A stretch of DNA of 64,000 nucleotides from a virus (Duplodnaviria; Caudoviricetes), in IMG/VR virus record IMGVR_UViG_2791355019_000001, positions 214 to 64,213 of that record; one strand, 5' to 3'. The position numbers were made by a program, and so were the translations under genes. The notes under the pieces were generated by a model. The model was not told the DNA's origin and ran no database searches. It saw only the letters and a program-made list of their open reading frames with translations. Positions 61,370-64,000 of the stretch are shown here, in pieces. Every line of letters starts with the position of its first letter. The stretch's first letter is position 1.

Positions 61370-64000
61370 TTGACGGTAAAACAGGACGTTACGGACGAGG
61401 GCATCGCGAGTCACACGCCAGTGATGCAGCAGTACCTGCGGCTCAAGGCGCAGCATCCTTCCACGCTGCTCTTCTACCGCATGGGCGATTTCTACGAGCT
61501 CTTCTTCGAGGACGCGGAAAAAGCTGCGCGCCTCCTCGACATCACCCTGACCACCCGCGGCCAGTCCGGCGGCAGGCCGATCCGGATGGCGGGCGTGCCC
61601 TTCCACGCCGTCGAGCAGTACCTCGCCCGCCTGGTGAAGCTGGGCGAATCGGTGGTGATCGCCGAGCAGGTCGGCGAGCCGGGCGCGACCAAGGGGCCGA
61701 TGGAGCGCGCGGTGAGCCGCATCGTCACCCCCGGTACGCTGACCGACGCCGCGCTGCTCGACGACCGCCGCGACGCCCTCCTGCTGGCGGCCAGCGTGCA
61801 CCGCGGCGTGCTCGGCCTGGCCTGGCTCAACCTCGCCAACGGCGACTTGCGCCTCATGCAGTGCGCGGCCGAGAACCTGCAGGCCCAGTTCGAGCGCCTG
61901 CGCCCGGCCGAAGTCCTCGTTCCGGACGGCCTTGCGCTGCCGCTGCTCGAGCGCCTCGTGCCGGCACTGCGGCGCCTGGCCGACTGGCAGTTCGACCCCC
62001 AGACCGGCCTCCGCCTGTTGACCACGCACTTCGGCACCCGCGACCTCGCCGGTTTCGGCGTTGCCGAGACCGGCGCGGACGGCCTGCCGCTGGCGCTCGG
62101 TGCGGCGGCGGCGCTGTACGACTACGCCCAGGCCACCCAGCGCCAGACCCTGGCCCACGTCACCGGCCTCACCGTCGAACGCGAATCCGAATACCTGCGC
62201 CTGGACGCCGCGACCCGGCGCAATCTCGAACTGACCGAGACCCTGCGCGGCGAACCTGCCCCCACCCTGCTGTCGCTGCTCGACGGCTGCGTCACCAGCA
62301 TGGGCTCGCGCTGGCTGCGCCATGCGCTGCACCACCCGCTGCGCGAGCGCGCCATCCCCGCCGCACGCCAGGCCGCAGTCGCGGAGCTGGTCGGCGAAAC
62401 CACCGACTACGGCATCGACAGCCGCGACGGCCGCCTGGCCGCAGCGGTGCGCACAACGCTGCGCGGCGTCGCCGACGTGGACCGCATCACCGCCCGCATC
62501 GCGCTGCGCAGCGCGCGCCCGCGCGACCTCTCGGCGCTGCGCGAAAGCCTCGCCCGCCTGCCCGCGCTGGGTGAGGCCTTGTCGGCGTGCGGCGCGGCGC
62601 TGCTGGTCGAGCTGCGCGCTGCGCTGGAGATCGCCCCCGACCCTCTGGCCCTGCTGCAGCGCGCGATCGCCGCCGAGCCCGCCGCCATGGTGCGCGACGG
62701 CGGCGTGATCGGACCCGGCTTCGACCCCGAACTCGACGAACTGCGCGCGATCCAGAGCAATTGCGGCGAATTCCTCCTCGCCCTTGAAGCGCGCGAGCGC
62801 GCGCGCAGCGGCATCGCCAACCTCAAAGTGGAGTTCAACCGCGTCCATGGCTTCTATATCGAAGTCAGCCGCGCCAACGCCGACAAGGTGCCCGACGACT
62901 ACCGCCGCCGCCAGACGCTGAAGAACGCCGAACGCTATATCACCCCGGAACTGAAAGCCTTCGAAGACAAGGCCTTGTCGGCGCAGGAGCGCGCCCTGGC
63001 ACGCGAGAAACTGCTCTACGACCAGATCCTCGATGCCCTCGCCGGCCACATTCCGGCACTGCAGCGCATCGCCCGCGCGCTGGCGACGGTAGACGCGCTC
63101 GCCGCCTTCGCCGACGCTGCGCTGCGCAACGGCTACGTGCAGCCGCGCTTCATCGACACCCCCGGCGTGCACATCACCGGCGGCCGCCACCCGGTGGTCG
63201 AACGCCAGGTGGAAAACTTCATCCACAACGACGCCCGCCTCGCCCCCACCCGCCGCATGCTGATGATCACCGGCCCCAACATGGGCGGCAAATCGACCTT
63301 CATGCGCCAGGTCGCGCTGATCTGCCTGCTCGCCCACGTCGGCAGCTTCGTCCCGGCCGAGGCTGCCGAGCTCGGCCCGCTCGACGCGATCTTCACCCGC
63401 ATCGGCGCCTCCGACGACCTCGCCTCCGGGCGCTCGACCTTCATGGTCGAAATGACCGAAGCCGCCGCCATCCTGCACGGCGCCACCGCCCACAGCCTGG
63501 TGCTGATGGACGAGATCGGGCGCGGGACCTCCACCTTCGACGGTCTCGCGCTGGCCTTCGCCATCGCCCGCCACTTGCTGGAAAAAAACCGCAGCCTGAC
63601 CCTGTTCGCCACCCATTATTTCGAACTCACCCGGCTCGCCGCCGACTACCCGGAGTGCGCCAACGTGCATCTGGACGCGGTCGAGCACGGCCACCGCATC
63701 GTCTTCCTGCATGCGCTGGAGGAAGGCCCGGCGAGCCAGAGTTACGGCATCGAGGTCGCCGCGCTCGCCGGCATTCCGGCAGGCGTGATCCGCGACGCCA
63801 AGCGGCGGCTGCGCGCGCTGGAGAACCGCGAGATCGACGCCGGCCCGCAGGCCGACCTGTTCGCCGCCCTGCCCGAGCCCGAGGACGAACCCCTGTCGCA
63901 CCCGGTATTGACCGAACTGGCCGCGCTCGACCCCGACACCCTCAGCCCGCGTGAGGCGCTCGAGCACCTCTACGCCCTGAAGCGTCTGGCCGACGCCTGA
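61370..64000 (+). CDS. mutS: DNA mismatch repair protein MutS (start uncertain, probably phage-supplied)
   Basis: [59 protein letters not shown]; stop at 64000. Confidence 0.97.
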   Translation: MTVKQDVTDEGIASHTPVMQQYLRLKAQHPSTLLFYRMGDFYELFFEDAEKAARLLDITLTTRGQSGGRPIRMAGVPFHAVEQYLARLVKLGESVVIAEQVGEPGATKGPMERAVSRIVTPGTLTDAALLDDRRDALLLAASVHRGVLGLAWLNLANGDLRLMQCAAENLQAQFERLRPAEVLVPDGLALPLLERLVPALRRLADWQFDPQTGLRLLTTHFGTRDLAGFGVAETGADGLPLALGAAAALYDYAQATQRQTLAHVTGLTVERESEYLRLDAATRRNLELTETLRGEPAPTLLSLLDGCVTSMGSRWLRHALHHPLRERAIPAARQAAVAELVGETTDYGIDSRDGRLAAAVRTTLRGVADVDRITARIALRSARPRDLSALRESLARLPALGEALSACGAALLVELRAALEIAPDPLALLQRAIAAEPAAMVRDGGVIGPGFDPELDELRAIQSNCGEFLLALEARERARSGIANLKVEFNRVHGFYIEVSRANADKVPDDYRRRQTLKNAERYITPELKAFEDKALSAQERALAREKLLYDQILDALAGHIPALQRIARALATVDALAAFADAALRNGYVQPRFIDTPGVHITGGRHPVVERQVENFIHNDARLAPTRRMLMITGPNMGGKSTFMRQVALICLLAHVGSFVPAEAAELGPLDAIFTRIGASDDLASGRSTFMVEMTEAAAILHGATAHSLVLMDEIGRGTSTFDGLALAFAIARHLLEKNRSLTLFATHYFELTRLAADYPECANVHLDAVEHGHRIVFLHALEEGPASQSYGIEVAALAGIPAGVIRDAKRRLRALENREIDAGPQADLFAALPEPEDEPLSHPVLTELAALDPDTLSPREALEHLYALKRLADA

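Larger units (their letters stand above)
1..61435. mobile_element. Temperate podovirus-like prophage, right end at the mutS 5' end; left end beyond the window
   Basis: Contiguous terminase, portal, scaffold, capsid, tail and ejection genes; lysis cassette; cI/cro; recombination genes; AlpA; tyrosine integrase next to host mutS. Confidence 0.95.

Overview
About 61.4 kb of this window is a temperate, P22/BPP-1-like podoviral prophage in a high-GC host. The host looks betaproteobacterial (inferred from MutS and gene content). The prophage's right end abuts, and probably lies inside, the 5' end of host mutS (about 61370-64000); its left end is outside the window. Gene order from left to right: an arc/mnt/antirepressor (immI-like) module; a membrane protein at the P22 sieA position; a 2928-aa polyvalent ejection-type protein and other ejection/tail genes; a lysis cassette; a complete diversity-generating retroelement (target-VR, hairpin, avd, TR, RT); head and packaging genes; replication genes; a C4-antisense-controlled antirepressor; BrnTA; cro/cI with a coupled accessory operon; recombination and DNA-modification genes; AlpA; a small integron-like array; and the tyrosine integrase. 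In the DGR, all 13 TR/VR mismatches fall on TR adenines. The least explained features are: (1) three attC sites, an attI-like site and a truncated intI inside the phage, with all cassette ORFs inverted so they read with the phage early operon; (2) a membrane-anchored protein that appears to be a string of ejection-protein terminal motifs, a possible decoy-type superinfection exclusion factor; (3) a cI-coupled nucleotidyltransferase plus partner gene at the rexAB position; (4) six copies of a late-promoter motif at a fixed 17-nt spacing from a -10-like box; (5) two tiny secreted His/Cys peptides next to a duplicated CII-like regulator. All family assignments come from motif recognition by eye; no database searches were run.
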